Source: an uncultured delta proteobacterium (lineage in GTDB: Bacteria > Myxococcota > B64-G9). Taken from it: DNA of 64,000 nt. The DNA lies in assembly GCA_963754925.1 (NCBI GenBank), contig CAVWHX010000004.1, positions 992,001 to 1,056,000 on the forward strand, given 5' to 3'. Under the pieces are notes generated by a model. It worked only from the letters and a program-made list of their open reading frames with translations. It had not been told where the DNA came from and searched no databases. The position numbers and the translations under genes were made by a program. Positions 12,301 to 21,424 of this stretch are shown here, one piece after another. How positions within the stretch are numbered: position 1 is the first letter of the stretch; each line of letters opens with the position of its first letter.

Positions 12301-12791
12301 TGGCAGCACTGGTCTCAGCGATGCGCGAACGTCCGCTGAAAAACGGCTCCGGTCGGATGGCCGTACTGACGATCGAAGATCGCATGGGCACCTGCGAGGC
12401 GCTGGTTTTCTCAAAGGAGTTCGCCCTCTACGAACCGCTGCTTAGGACCGCTGAACCGCTCCTCTTTGTCGGCCAGCTGACCGTCGATGATGAAGAGAAT
12501 CCATTAGCAAAACTCCGGGTGCGCGAGGTGCGTCTTCTCAAGGATTCACAGCAACCGATAAAACGGGTGGATTTCCATCTTCCGGCTGAGGCACTCTCGC
12601 GGGAGAGGCTTCTTCAACTCAAATTGATTCTTGGTCGCTTTACCGGCACCTGCCCGGCTTTTTTACATATTCACTTGCCCGATAATGGGCCGGAGACCAT
12701 TGTACGCCTTCCCGGTTCGATTACCTCTTCCGCGCAACTGGAGAAGGAAGTCAATACGCTTTTCGAACAGAGGGTCACCGGATTTTCATAA
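9333..12791 (+). CDS. dnaE: DNA polymerase III alpha subunit
   Basis: PHP HLHVHTQYSLLDG, GRGSGAGS, PDFDIDF, KFDFLGL, FNKSHS; normal length, no intein. Confidence 0.97.
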   Translation: MSDFVHLHVHTQYSLLDGAIRLEKLFPRLAELKMNAVAITDHGNMFGAIDFYQRARAAGVKPIIGCEVYVAGARGMADRTAREDYHLILLAYNLAGYQNLTYLVSKAYLEGFYYHPRIDKDLLRGRTQGLIALSACLSGELACHLKCGRMDAAREAARSYAALFEPDCYYLELQHNGLPDQDAVNAALKEIARTENLPLVATNDCHYLSEHDARAHDILLCISTGKTVDDPNRMRHQTTQLYLRSGEEMQTLFADVPEALANTRRIADRCALDLNLGSVFLPRYEVPAAFDLDSYLDQLAWQGLNAHLVGLPVQQHQRYHERLRYELGVIKKMGFAGYFLIVWDFITYAKRNGIPVGPGRGSGAGSLVAFSLGITALDPLPYDLLFERFLNPDRVSLPDFDIDFCQDRRNEVIQYVTEKYGRDRVGQIITFGQLKPRLAIKDVGRVLGLTFNETDRISKLVPYGPKVTLDQALKEEPRLDAIQEEKPIYRDVIQIARSLEGLNRHSGTHAAGVVIAEKPLWEHVPVMRGEDGSLITQFAKDEVEKVGLIKFDFLGLKTLTVIDQALRLINHSGPRLDIQKLPLDDRAVYDLITSGQTDGVFQVESAGFKELMKKLKPDCFEDIIAAVALYRPGPLGAGMVTDYLNRKHGRERISYQHPVLEPILSSTYGVIIYQEQVMRIAVELCGFTMGQADVLRKAMGKKKTEEMARQQEIFVVGAIRTSGMAAAEAQALFEKIEKFAEYAFNKSHSAAYALISYQTAYLKTHHPVEFMAALLSSEMGDTETLVRYIAHTREMGIQLLPPDVNRSVRDFSVLDDQILLGLGAVKSVGDTAIQTIVACRTERPFCSLFDFTERVDLHKVNKRVVEALVKCGAFDSLNTSRASLIAAIESAFECGTARQKERTCGQRSLLDLLCLETEPPTTDDPRLNRLPEWSEHERLLGEREALGFYVTGHPLDRYQKLIATAATSTLADLHERATTGNGNRHREIVVAALVSAMRERPLKNGSGRMAVLTIEDRMGTCEALVFSKEFALYEPLLRTAEPLLFVGQLTVDDEENPLAKLRVREVRLLKDSQQPIKRVDFHLPAEALSRERLLQLKLILGRFTGTCPAFLHIHLPDNGPETIVRLPGSITSSAQLEKEVNTLFEQRVTGFS

Positions 12792-12804
12792 CATTGCATT
12801 TTCC

Positions 12805-12845
12805 TTTTGCCCTCTCTCTGTTGGGGAGAGGGGTCTTGCAAAAAA
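12805..12845. terminator. Hairpin between convergent genes (terminator or REP-like)
   Basis: CCCTCTCTC-TGTTG-GGGAGAGGG at 12810-12832. Confidence 0.45.
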
Positions 12846-12860
12846 CGTTGAGTGAGGGAA

Positions 12861-13340
12861 CTATTCAGCCTTGAACTCTGTGAGGAATAACTCCAGCACG
12901 TCAGGGTAGGCGCGCAGGCGAAAAGCGGTATCGATTTCCTCATAGGAGAATCCTTGATCGCGCAAAAAGGAGACAATCGCACCGATCGCTTTGGCTGCCG
13001 CGACTCGTTGTTCCGGGTCCGCTGGCAGCTTCTCGCCGTTAAGGTGTTTGTTGAGATCATCGGTGAGTTCGACGAACCGTTCGAGGTGTTCCGCCAACCG
13101 ATTTTCAAAGGAGAGATTCCATAATTGTTCAAGCTCGGCGATCACGCGCGGCCGGTTTTGGTCATAGCAGAGCACCATCAGCTTCTGCATCAGTCCATCG
13201 AGCGTGGTCTGACGGGGAATAGCAATCTTGGCCGCTTCATTAAGTCGCAGGATCGCCATGCGGGTCGAGATATGGCGAATCATCGGCCGAAATATCGCTT
13301 CAAACCGCTCGCGGGGGATACGTTCTTGCAAGGTCGACAT
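12861..13340 (-). CDS. Hypothetical alpha-helical protein
   Basis: ORF with AAAGGAGA RBS before ATG 13340; no motif recognised. Confidence 0.7.
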   Translation of the reverse strand: MSTLQERIPRERFEAIFRPMIRHISTRMAILRLNEAAKIAIPRQTTLDGLMQKLMVLCYDQNRPRVIAELEQLWNLSFENRLAEHLERFVELTDDLNKHLNGEKLPADPEQRVAAAKAIGAIVSFLRDQGFSYEEIDTAFRLRAYPDVLELFLTEFKAE

Positions 13341-13482
13341 GGATTCTCCTTTCATGCTGCGGATGCTCGTAGCACTATGGACTAGTACCCCGAGCATGAA
13401 GTGTCAACATAGTTGAATCCTTCGAGTGAGCCTGCTAGTCTTTTAACACAGGGAATAGAGGATTAACGAAAGGACATACGGC

Positions 13483-14805
13483 GTGCATTATCACGATCTG
13501 ATGTACGAGATGCCAGATGGGACCCTGAAAATGACTAACCCCCTTACCGGGCGGACCGCCTGGTGGGTGCCGGGTCGCAACAGTCGGCCCATCAGCGAGA
13601 GCGCACCGACGTGCATGACCCATGATCGAACCCGAGAACCCGAGAACTACTGTGCTTTTTGCTCGGTAAATGTGCTTGAAACGCCGCCCGAGATCGACCG
13701 GCTCGTACGCGCTGACTCCGGCTACCGCACCATCGACCGATTACTACCGAAGCAGTTGCGCGAAACTCAGTATATCTTCCGCAGGGTCGCCAACCTCTAT
13801 GAGATCGTCACCTTAAACTACTGGCGACGCAACTACGACTACCGCGGCGTAGCCCGCCAACGTGAATGGGCGGAGCAGTATAAGAGCGATCCAGAAGGCC
13901 GCGCTCATATGTTAGAGTTGGTTCGTAAAAAGCATGAGTCATTACGCCGGCGCGGGCTGGACATACCGCAGATGAACGAAAAGCAGCTCTTTGAGCAAGC
14001 TGATAGCTTTTTTCTAAGCTGCCATCAGTTAATCGTCAATCAGCGGCACTATCGCGTTGGCACGGAGCGCGGCACCGCTGCCACGCTGTTTGGATCGGGG
14101 GCGTTAACTGCCGACGAGCACTTCCAATACATGCGCTTTACCGCTGAGGCCATCCGCGACATCACGGAAACCAACCGCTACGTGCGTTACGTGGTTACGT
14201 TTCAGAATTGGCTGCGACCCTCGGGGGCTTCCTTTGATCATATGCATAAGCAACTCGTTGGCCTTGACGATTGGGGCACCCTTATCACAAGCGAGGTGGA
14301 AGCTTCGCGCTCCGATCCAAATTTTTACAATACGTATGTGGTGAATTTCGCCGGTTACAATAACTTGGTGATTGCCGAGAATGACTACGCGGTCATGTTT
14401 GCTGATATCGGGCACCGCAACCCGACGCTGGCAATCTATTCCAAAGCGCGCCACCTGCGGCCCTATGAACACAACGCGGAAGAACTCCGAGGGATTAGCG
14501 ACTTGATCCACGCGTGCTATGTTGCTCAGGGACCCGAGATGAGCTGCAACGAGGAGTGGTATTACCAACCCCGCGATTGCCTTGATCGCATTCCGTTCCA
14601 CGTGCTGATCAAGTGGCGCGTGAACTACCCGGCCGGGTTTGAAGGCGGGACGTCGATTTTCATCAATCCCCAGCGCCCCACCGAGGTGCGCGATGAGGTG
14701 GTTCCGCACCTCTTTCGACTGCGGGCAGAAGGTAGGATCGCCGCGAACATCCGCATCGCAGAAGAATGTCCGGTGCAGCCCAATAGCTTACAATACAACA
14801 GGTAA
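13483..14805 (+). CDS. DUF4921-like, GalT/HIT-superfamily nucleotidyltransferase
   Basis: N-terminal DGTLKMTNPLTG..VPGR..RP, CAFC, GASFDHMHKQ (HxHxQ), AGFEGGT. Confidence 0.78.
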   Translation: MHYHDLMYEMPDGTLKMTNPLTGRTAWWVPGRNSRPISESAPTCMTHDRTREPENYCAFCSVNVLETPPEIDRLVRADSGYRTIDRLLPKQLRETQYIFRRVANLYEIVTLNYWRRNYDYRGVARQREWAEQYKSDPEGRAHMLELVRKKHESLRRRGLDIPQMNEKQLFEQADSFFLSCHQLIVNQRHYRVGTERGTAATLFGSGALTADEHFQYMRFTAEAIRDITETNRYVRYVVTFQNWLRPSGASFDHMHKQLVGLDDWGTLITSEVEASRSDPNFYNTYVVNFAGYNNLVIAENDYAVMFADIGHRNPTLAIYSKARHLRPYEHNAEELRGISDLIHACYVAQGPEMSCNEEWYYQPRDCLDRIPFHVLIKWRVNYPAGFEGGTSIFINPQRPTEVRDEVVPHLFRLRAEGRIAANIRIAEECPVQPNSLQYNR

Positions 14806-14839
14806 CAACGACGGCGCGCCGGAGGATAGGGTGAGGGGA

Positions 14840-15643
14840 TTATTCGTTGTTGAAAAATTTCTTCAACGTTTTTCTCAGGGTGGTTGTATCCGGGAGAGGC
14901 TGATAAATGATGTTCCCCGCTCCGTAATGAAGTGCCGTTACCGCATTGCCGAGCGCACGACGACCACTAACCGCCACAAATTTCAAGCCCGGGCTCATGA
15001 GTAACGTACTGCGTAAAAAACAGGCGGTGGCGTTATCCCGGTTGAGTAGCTCAAGCTGACATACTAAGGCCCCGACCTTTTTGTTTCGTACCTGGCTCAG
15101 CACTTCAGACAGTGAATCGATGACTATTGCACGGTAGCCTAATGACTCGAGAGCCTTTTTCAGAACCTCCCGTGCGAATGGATCAGTGATGTATAGGAGG
15201 GCTTGCTGTTGGGCCGGCACAATGGGCAGCTTTGATTCAGCTTTCATTCGCAGATTGCGCCGATCAAACGCTTCGTTTACCTTGCGCTCCAGTTCGGGAA
15301 GATCGAACGGTTTGATGATGTATTCGTCCACGCCGATCGCCATTGCTTCCTCAGCCGATTCGCGTGAGGCAAATCCGGTGATCAGCAGGGTGGCAATCTT
15401 CGGATCTTTTGCTTTAGCCCGTCGGATTACGTCCAGGCCGGTAATACCGGGCAGATTTTTGTCGCAGATGAGAAGGCTGAAGGGTTCGCTTAGAAGCAAC
15501 GCAATAGCTGTTTCACCGTCCTCGGCCTCGACCACGAAGGTTCCCGGTTTCTCCAGCGTCTCGCAAATCACCCGGCGGACAACTTCTTCGTCGTCGACAA
15601 CCAGAATGCGCGTTGGTGTGTTTTTATCTTGCTGGATGTGCAC
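14840..15643 (-). CDS. Response regulator with two receiver-like domains
   Basis: ILVVDDE...CDKNLPG...KPF; second, degenerate REC at the C-terminus. Confidence 0.85.
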   Translation of the reverse strand: MHIQQDKNTPTRILVVDDEEVVRRVICETLEKPGTFVVEAEDGETAIALLLSEPFSLLICDKNLPGITGLDVIRRAKAKDPKIATLLITGFASRESAEEAMAIGVDEYIIKPFDLPELERKVNEAFDRRNLRMKAESKLPIVPAQQQALLYITDPFAREVLKKALESLGYRAIVIDSLSEVLSQVRNKKVGALVCQLELLNRDNATACFLRSTLLMSPGLKFVAVSGRRALGNAVTALHYGAGNIIYQPLPDTTTLRKTLKKFFNNE

Positions 15644-15814
15644 TCAGTGCCCTCTATCTCCCCGGCATTGACCGGCACTATAACGACAAAAATACCTTAG
15701 CATTAAGTAACTAGCAACAAAAGTTAGCTGTTAGCATTCAGACAATGGAGGATGTCGACTGGTAACGAGCCCGATTTCTGGGATTGTACCATGGGTGTAT
15801 GGTAGGATGAGGCT

Positions 15815-16703
15815 ATGCGTGGGGTAATACTCCAGCTGTTAAATTTGGAGCGGGCTTTTTCAAACTCAAAATCCGCCGCATTTTTCCCAGATGCTTCCAG
15901 CCGAGATCGATTTATTTTTACAAGAGGTTAACAAGCAGGAGCCTGACTTCACTCGGAGGCTGATTAAGATTACCGATCGATTTTTAGGAACACGATATCT
16001 CGTATCCCCACTGGGCGAAGGCGAAGGTAACCCTCCTGATACCGATCCCTTGATACGCTTCGATGCCGTCGATTGTGTTACCTTGGTTGAGGAAGCCATG
16101 GCGCTTGCGCGCTCCGAGAATCTGGCGCAGGCGAAGGTGGTGCTTCAACGGATTCGTTACCTGAATGCACGGATTGGTTATCGGTATCGCAAGCACTTCA
16201 TGATAGCCCAATGGATTCCTGACAACCAGAAGGAGGGTTTTCTGGAGGACATCACTGATTCGATCGCCGGTCAATCAACGCTCTGGATCACCAAGCGCCT
16301 TGACTCTCATATCTGGAATCAACGTACCCATAAAAGTCGCTGGCCCAACCTTGCGGCTAACGATATTCCCTCCGGAGAGGCCCGCCTCCCGATTATCCCC
16401 ATCAAGCGTATGAAGGATTTTCAATCTGCGGTTCCCAATGGGGCGATCCTAATCATTGTCCGGCAGGATCTCCCAACGATTCCCGAGCGCATTTCTCATA
16501 TTGGTCTCATACTGTCGATTAACGGTCGCCGCTACGTGAGACATGCAGCATCCGGAAAAATTAGCCGAGTCATCGATGAACCGTTCGATTCGATGATTCG
16601 ACGCCATAGCGCCTATCGACGGTGGCCCGTGTCGGGGTATAATTTTCAGCGGGTGTTGGCGGGTGACGAGCCCCCTATGCCATCACCGACGCCACGGGAG
16701 TAA
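15815..16703 (+). CDS. DUF1460/NlpC-P60-like peptidoglycan amidase (probable +1 indel near 15840)
   Basis: FLGTRYLVSPLGEG, DCVTLVE, SHIG, RHAAS; ATG 15815 with RBS joins the frame if one A is removed. Confidence 0.78.
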
Positions 16704-16820
16704 CTTCGAAGTCGGAAGACTAGCCGGAGAGTTGCCGAGGCCGAACTTTTCGGGTTGAATTCAATGGGGCGTCATGATACAAAATTATGAAAGCAAGCAG
16801 GTATAAGCCACGGAGGTTGA

Positions 16821-18426
16821 GTGCTTAAACTGATCATCGAAGACGATGAGGGAAATACTACTGTCGTCCCTCTCACCCAGGACGAGATTACGATTGGTCG
16901 GAAGGAAGGAAACACCATCCGGCTGACCGATAGGAACATTTCTCGCCAGCACGCGCGCTTGATCCGCTCTAACAGTTCGTTATTTATAGAGGATCTCGAC
17001 AGTTATAATGGGGTTAAAAGTCAACGGGAATCGCATCACAGCGCGAACCACTATTCGAGAAACCGATCACCTAGATATCGGTGACTACCACGTATCCTTT
17101 CAACAAACAGACGAGGCCGAAACCGGAAGCGTCGTCGACCGCGACCGCGAGGTTACCGGTCGAGTAACCATTGAGCCCCCGCCGCCGCCGTTAGCCCCCG
17201 ATAGTTCAGGCGGGGCGCCTCAGCCAGCAACGGAAGATCAATCCTCTTTCCCCGGGGAGGTTGCTCCAGCGGACACCAAGAGCGTAGCCCCGGAGGTACC
17301 AGAAGATATACCAGCCAAAGAGTCTTTCACCAACCGGAAGCTGTACTTGGCATTCGGCGCTTTGGTGGCCGTGGTCTTGATAAGCATCAGTGTGTACATA
17401 ATTATGCAAGCCGTATCAAGTCCCCTCAACAACAGCCAAGTTAATAAAAGCAAATCCAGTTCTACCGAGGTTGCGTCACCACCCATCAACCAAACCTCAG
17501 TTGAGTTCGAGATAGCTATGGATAGGTTGTCGGCTCGCGATTATGACGCAGCGCTCAAGAATTTCGAGGCGGCTTTAGCCAAGGATCCGGGCAACAATAC
17601 CTATATGAAAATGCGCGACCAAAGCATCAAGGAAAAAGATGCAGCCAATTCCCTCAATAAACTGAGGACGTTGATTTCCAACAGGAACTGGGACCAGGCA
17701 ATAAAAATCAATTTTCCGCCAGATACCGTTGCAGCCAGAGAGGCCGCCCAACTGCGCTTGGAGGTGGAAGATCAATTCAAAACCTCCCACCTCAAACAGG
17801 GCCAGTACGCTCTTGAAAAGGGTCGTTTTTCAGATGCAATCAAACAATTCGAGGCCGTTCTGACAATCGACGAGGAAGATGTCACCGCTCAAAAGCTCAA
17901 ACAGGCCGCGGAGAAATCACTGGTTGGCGAGTCACGGAAAGCCGAGGGGGGGAAAAATAGTATCACATCGGCTCCGGTAACCCATCAAACCGATTCGCTT
18001 CAAACCAACAAGGCACCCGGTCCTGAAATCGTTGAGATCGAGGAGGAGAGCCTCGATTCTCCGGAATCCAAAAACACCAAAACACAGGAACCGCCCACCG
18101 GTAGAGCGCCGGAGCCTGCCGCTGCCAAAGCGCCGGAACCAAAAACGAACAAAGCGCGAGAGCCTCAGGAAGTGCGTGGCAGTGCTCTCAAGCTCTTCAA
18201 TGAAGGTAAATTTGATGAAGCTATTGTATTGTTTCAGAAAGCGCTTAAGGCTGATTCGAACGATTGTGCCTCGTACCGGTACCTCGGTACAGCCTACCTA
18301 AAGATTGGCGATAAAGTCAAGGGTTATAAGGCGTTCAGAAAATTTGTCGAAGTATGCCCAAACGATATGCAGGCGCCTATGGTACGTGAGAGTATTGAAC
18401 GGTACGAGAAGGAACAGGGGAATTGA
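16821..18426 (+). CDS. FHA domain - TM - TPR protein (split by +1 indel at ~17010-17019)
   Basis: FHA IGRKEGN..NISRQHA..DLDSYNGVK continues as VNGNRI in the next frame; TM helix; C-terminal TPRs. Confidence 0.85.
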
Positions 18427-18557
18427 AGCATAAGAGATTGTTGACGAACGAAGTGAGGATTATTAGAGATTGTTGCGAGCAGAGCGAGCTTACAATCTCT
18501 TATGCTCTGTACAAGCACTTATCCTGCGGACAAGCCCTTGTCCTTTTAAGGGACTAG
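18427..18557. repeat. Dispersed hairpin repeat, locus B
   Basis: 15-bp inverted repeat AGCATAAGAGATTGT/ACAATCTCTTATGCT enclosing two units; GTCCTTTTAAGGGAC mini-hairpin. Confidence 0.8.
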
Positions 18558-19929
18558 CCCTGGGGTGTGCCGCCGCCTTTGATTGCAACGCGGATCTGCT
18601 CAACAGAAATCTCTTTTTCAAGCATACCCCGAGCGACGGTATTGAGCAAGACCGTCGCCAGGTGTTTGCCGAGTATGTCAAGTAGAAAATAGTCATTTTT
18701 ATTGAGGGTCGCCTTTTGACGGAAGAGCTCGTGGACCGTGATCAAACCGAGGACTCGTTCCCCGTACACTAATGGCGCCGCTACCAGAAGCCTCACGCCG
18801 CTATGACCAACCGGCCAGGGCACCGGTAACGTTTGAATGGCGCGTTCCTGCACGGCACGCGCCAGGGGACCTTCGATCGTCAGTCGCTCGGCCACATCTA
18901 ACAACAGCCCTTGCAAGGCGATCGGAATCAGGCGGGCTGGGTTTCCCTCAAGTAAAAAGATCCCATACGAAGAGATGCCCACGAGGTTGCACAGCGCATC
19001 GCACGCCACCGAGAGCGCGCTCTTCGGCGCATTCTCGGCTTGTAAATGTTGGGTCAGAGTCAGAATGGAGGAGAGTCGGAGGTGATCGCGCTGAAGTTCT
19101 TCAAGCGAAGCGCGCAGTTCGTCGCGCTCGCATTCCAAGGCGGCTATCGTAGCATCGGCAGGTAGCGTGGCGGTGGGCTCACCGGCATCTTCCAAGTGAT
19201 AGGTGAGCCTGCTAAAAATTTTGCTCCCATCAAGTGAGCCCAGCATTTTTTGACTGGACGCCAACCGATCGATGATGGTGCGACTTTCACTGTCTAGGTG
19301 AATAAAGCGCACTCCCATACCGCCGATCTTGCCGGGTAATGATTCGATCCGACGCACCACCTGGCCGTAGGCGAGAACCGGTTGGTGGATACCGGAAGAC
19401 AAGGAGAACGATAGTTAAGACGCGCACCAACCGGCAACGGTTCGTTCATCTCGATGAATACGCCGGTCCGGCTGATGTCATGGGTGTACTCGAAAAATAT
19501 TCCTTTAAAATCCTCAAAGGATACCTGCAACGAGGTCGGAATACGGGGGAAGCGGCGCTTCTCGGCGCTGCCCAGCAAATCTTCCACCTTGCGAAGCAAG
19601 GTCGCATCATCGAGCGGTTTCGTGAGATAATCATCGCATCCTGCCTGCACCGCTTGTCGTATGTCTTCATCGCGGCTCGATGAGGTGATGATGATGACCG
19701 GAGTTGCGCGCAGTTTGGGATCCTGCTTGATCTGCCGGCATAACTCGTGACCGGGAATGCCCGGCATATGCAGATCAATGAGCGCAAGATCGGGTGGATT
19801 GGTACGGATTTTTTGCCAAGCCTCCGTGCTATTAGCGGCTTCTTCGATCGTGTAACCGCGCCACCCGAGAACGTTTGCCTCAAGGCGCCTAAATAATTTC
19901 ACATCATCGACAATCAGGATCCGGGTCAT
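18554..19929 (-). CDS. REC - PilZ - coiled coil - GAF protein (split by -1 indel at ~19416)
   Basis: REC (IVDD, IDLHMP, KP), PilZ RRFPR and DISRTG, second frame AYGQVVR..GMGVRF, then GAF-like region. Confidence 0.85.
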
Positions 19930-19996
19930 GCGGCACTCCGCATTGCAGTGGCCGTATACCGTTGCCTCAAAGCAGCTGCGTTGCCTTCCGTATCTA

Positions 19997-21289
19997 TCAA
20001 GGACTCAGGCTCCTCGCCTGCTGAATCTCTCGAAATCCCGCGTATGGTACCAATGCTTCAGGCAGCACGACCGAACCGTCGGCACGCTGGCCGACCTCGA
20101 GCACAGCGGCGAGCGTTCGGCCAACTGCCAGTCCGGAACCGTTTAAGGTGTGTAGCAACTCTGGCTTCTCGCCCTGGGCGCGGCGAAAGCGGATCCGCGC
20201 TCGACGCGCCTGATAGTCCTCGAAGTTCGAGCACGAGGAGATCTCGCGATAGGCGTTTTGTCCAGGCATCCAAACCTCCAAATCGAAGGTTTTAGCCGCC
20301 GAAAAACCCAGATCGCCGCCGCAGAGCTGAACAACCCGATAGGCCAACCCAAGTTTTTGCAGGATCGCTTCAGCGTTCTGCGTCAACGATTCAAGTTCGG
20401 CATAGGATTCCTCGGGGCGGCAAAACTTAACCAACTCTACTTTGTCAAACTGGTGCTGGCGTATCAACCCGCGCGTGTCGCGACCGGCCGCGCCGGCCTC
20501 GCGTCGAAAGCAGGCGCTATACGACACGTACTTTTTGGGCAATTCAGCCGCATCAAGGATCTCGTCGCGGTGGAGGTTGGTCACCGGCACCTCGGCGGTT
20601 GGAATCAGGAAGTATTCAGGTTCAACGGTCTTGAAGGATTCCCCCTCGAATTTGGGCAGCTGACCGGTGCCCTGCATGGTGTCGCGCAGCACCAGATACG
20701 GTGTCTGTACCTCGGTGTATCCGTGCTCGTGGGTATGTACGTCGAGCATGAAGTTGATCAATGCGCGCTCAAGCCGAGCGCCGCGATCGATGAGTACGGT
20801 AAAGCGCGCCCCGGAGAGCTTAGCCCCCCGGGCGAAGTCAAGGATTCCTAACCGCTCGCCTATTTCCCAGTGCGGCTGTGGTTCGAAATCGGGGCGGGCG
20901 GGTGTGCCGACTGTGCGTATAACGAGGTTGTCATCCGAGCTGCGGCCAAATGGAGTCGACTCATGCGGGATGTTCGGAATCACCAGAAGCAGCTCGGCCA
21001 GCTCGGATTCGACGGATTTCAATTCCGCCGCCCGCTCCTTTTCTTTGCTCGAAGTGACTCTCAACTCTGCGCGCGCCGTCGTAATTGCCTCTGCAGATCC
21101 TTTGAGTTCCACCATCTTATTCGAGGCTATCTTTTGATCGCGACGCAGACCCTCCACCTCTCGAATGAGGAGTTTGCGCTTTCCGGCGAGCGCGACAACA
21201 CGCTCGAGTGCCGGGATTTCCCCACGCAGCGACAACCGGGACTGAACCTCGTTTGTTTGGTCTGTAACCTTCTTGAGATCGAGCACCAA
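19997..21289 (-). CDS. serS: Serine--tRNA ligase
   Basis: [41 protein letters not shown]. Confidence 0.97.
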   Translation of the reverse strand: MVLDLKKVTDQTNEVQSRLSLRGEIPALERVVALAGKRKLLIREVEGLRRDQKIASNKMVELKGSAEAITTARAELRVTSSKEKERAAELKSVESELAELLLVIPNIPHESTPFGRSSDDNLVIRTVGTPARPDFEPQPHWEIGERLGILDFARGAKLSGARFTVLIDRGARLERALINFMLDVHTHEHGYTEVQTPYLVLRDTMQGTGQLPKFEGESFKTVEPEYFLIPTAEVPVTNLHRDEILDAAELPKKYVSYSACFRREAGAAGRDTRGLIRQHQFDKVELVKFCRPEESYAELESLTQNAEAILQKLGLAYRVVQLCGGDLGFSAAKTFDLEVWMPGQNAYREISSCSNFEDYQARRARIRFRRAQGEKPELLHTLNGSGLAVGRTLAAVLEVGQRADGSVVLPEALVPYAGFREIQQARSLSP

Positions 21290-21424
21290 GCGGCTCCATA
21301 AAAAATTAATAGACTGGCGCTATCGTTACCGGTGGTGAATTTTCACGCCTCTGAACGACGCCACCTTGGTATACACACATAATGAGTGTTTTGCCAAGTA
21401 ATGGCAAACGGGTCTCTCGGGTTT

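Noticed and set aside
9333..12791. Intein or error-prone DnaE2
   Set aside because: Normal length, no intein motifs and no imuA/imuB neighbours
17008..17020. Programmed ribosomal frameshift in the FHA-TPR gene
   Set aside because: It would split a conserved domain, no stimulatory structure is evident, and a homopolymer indel is simpler
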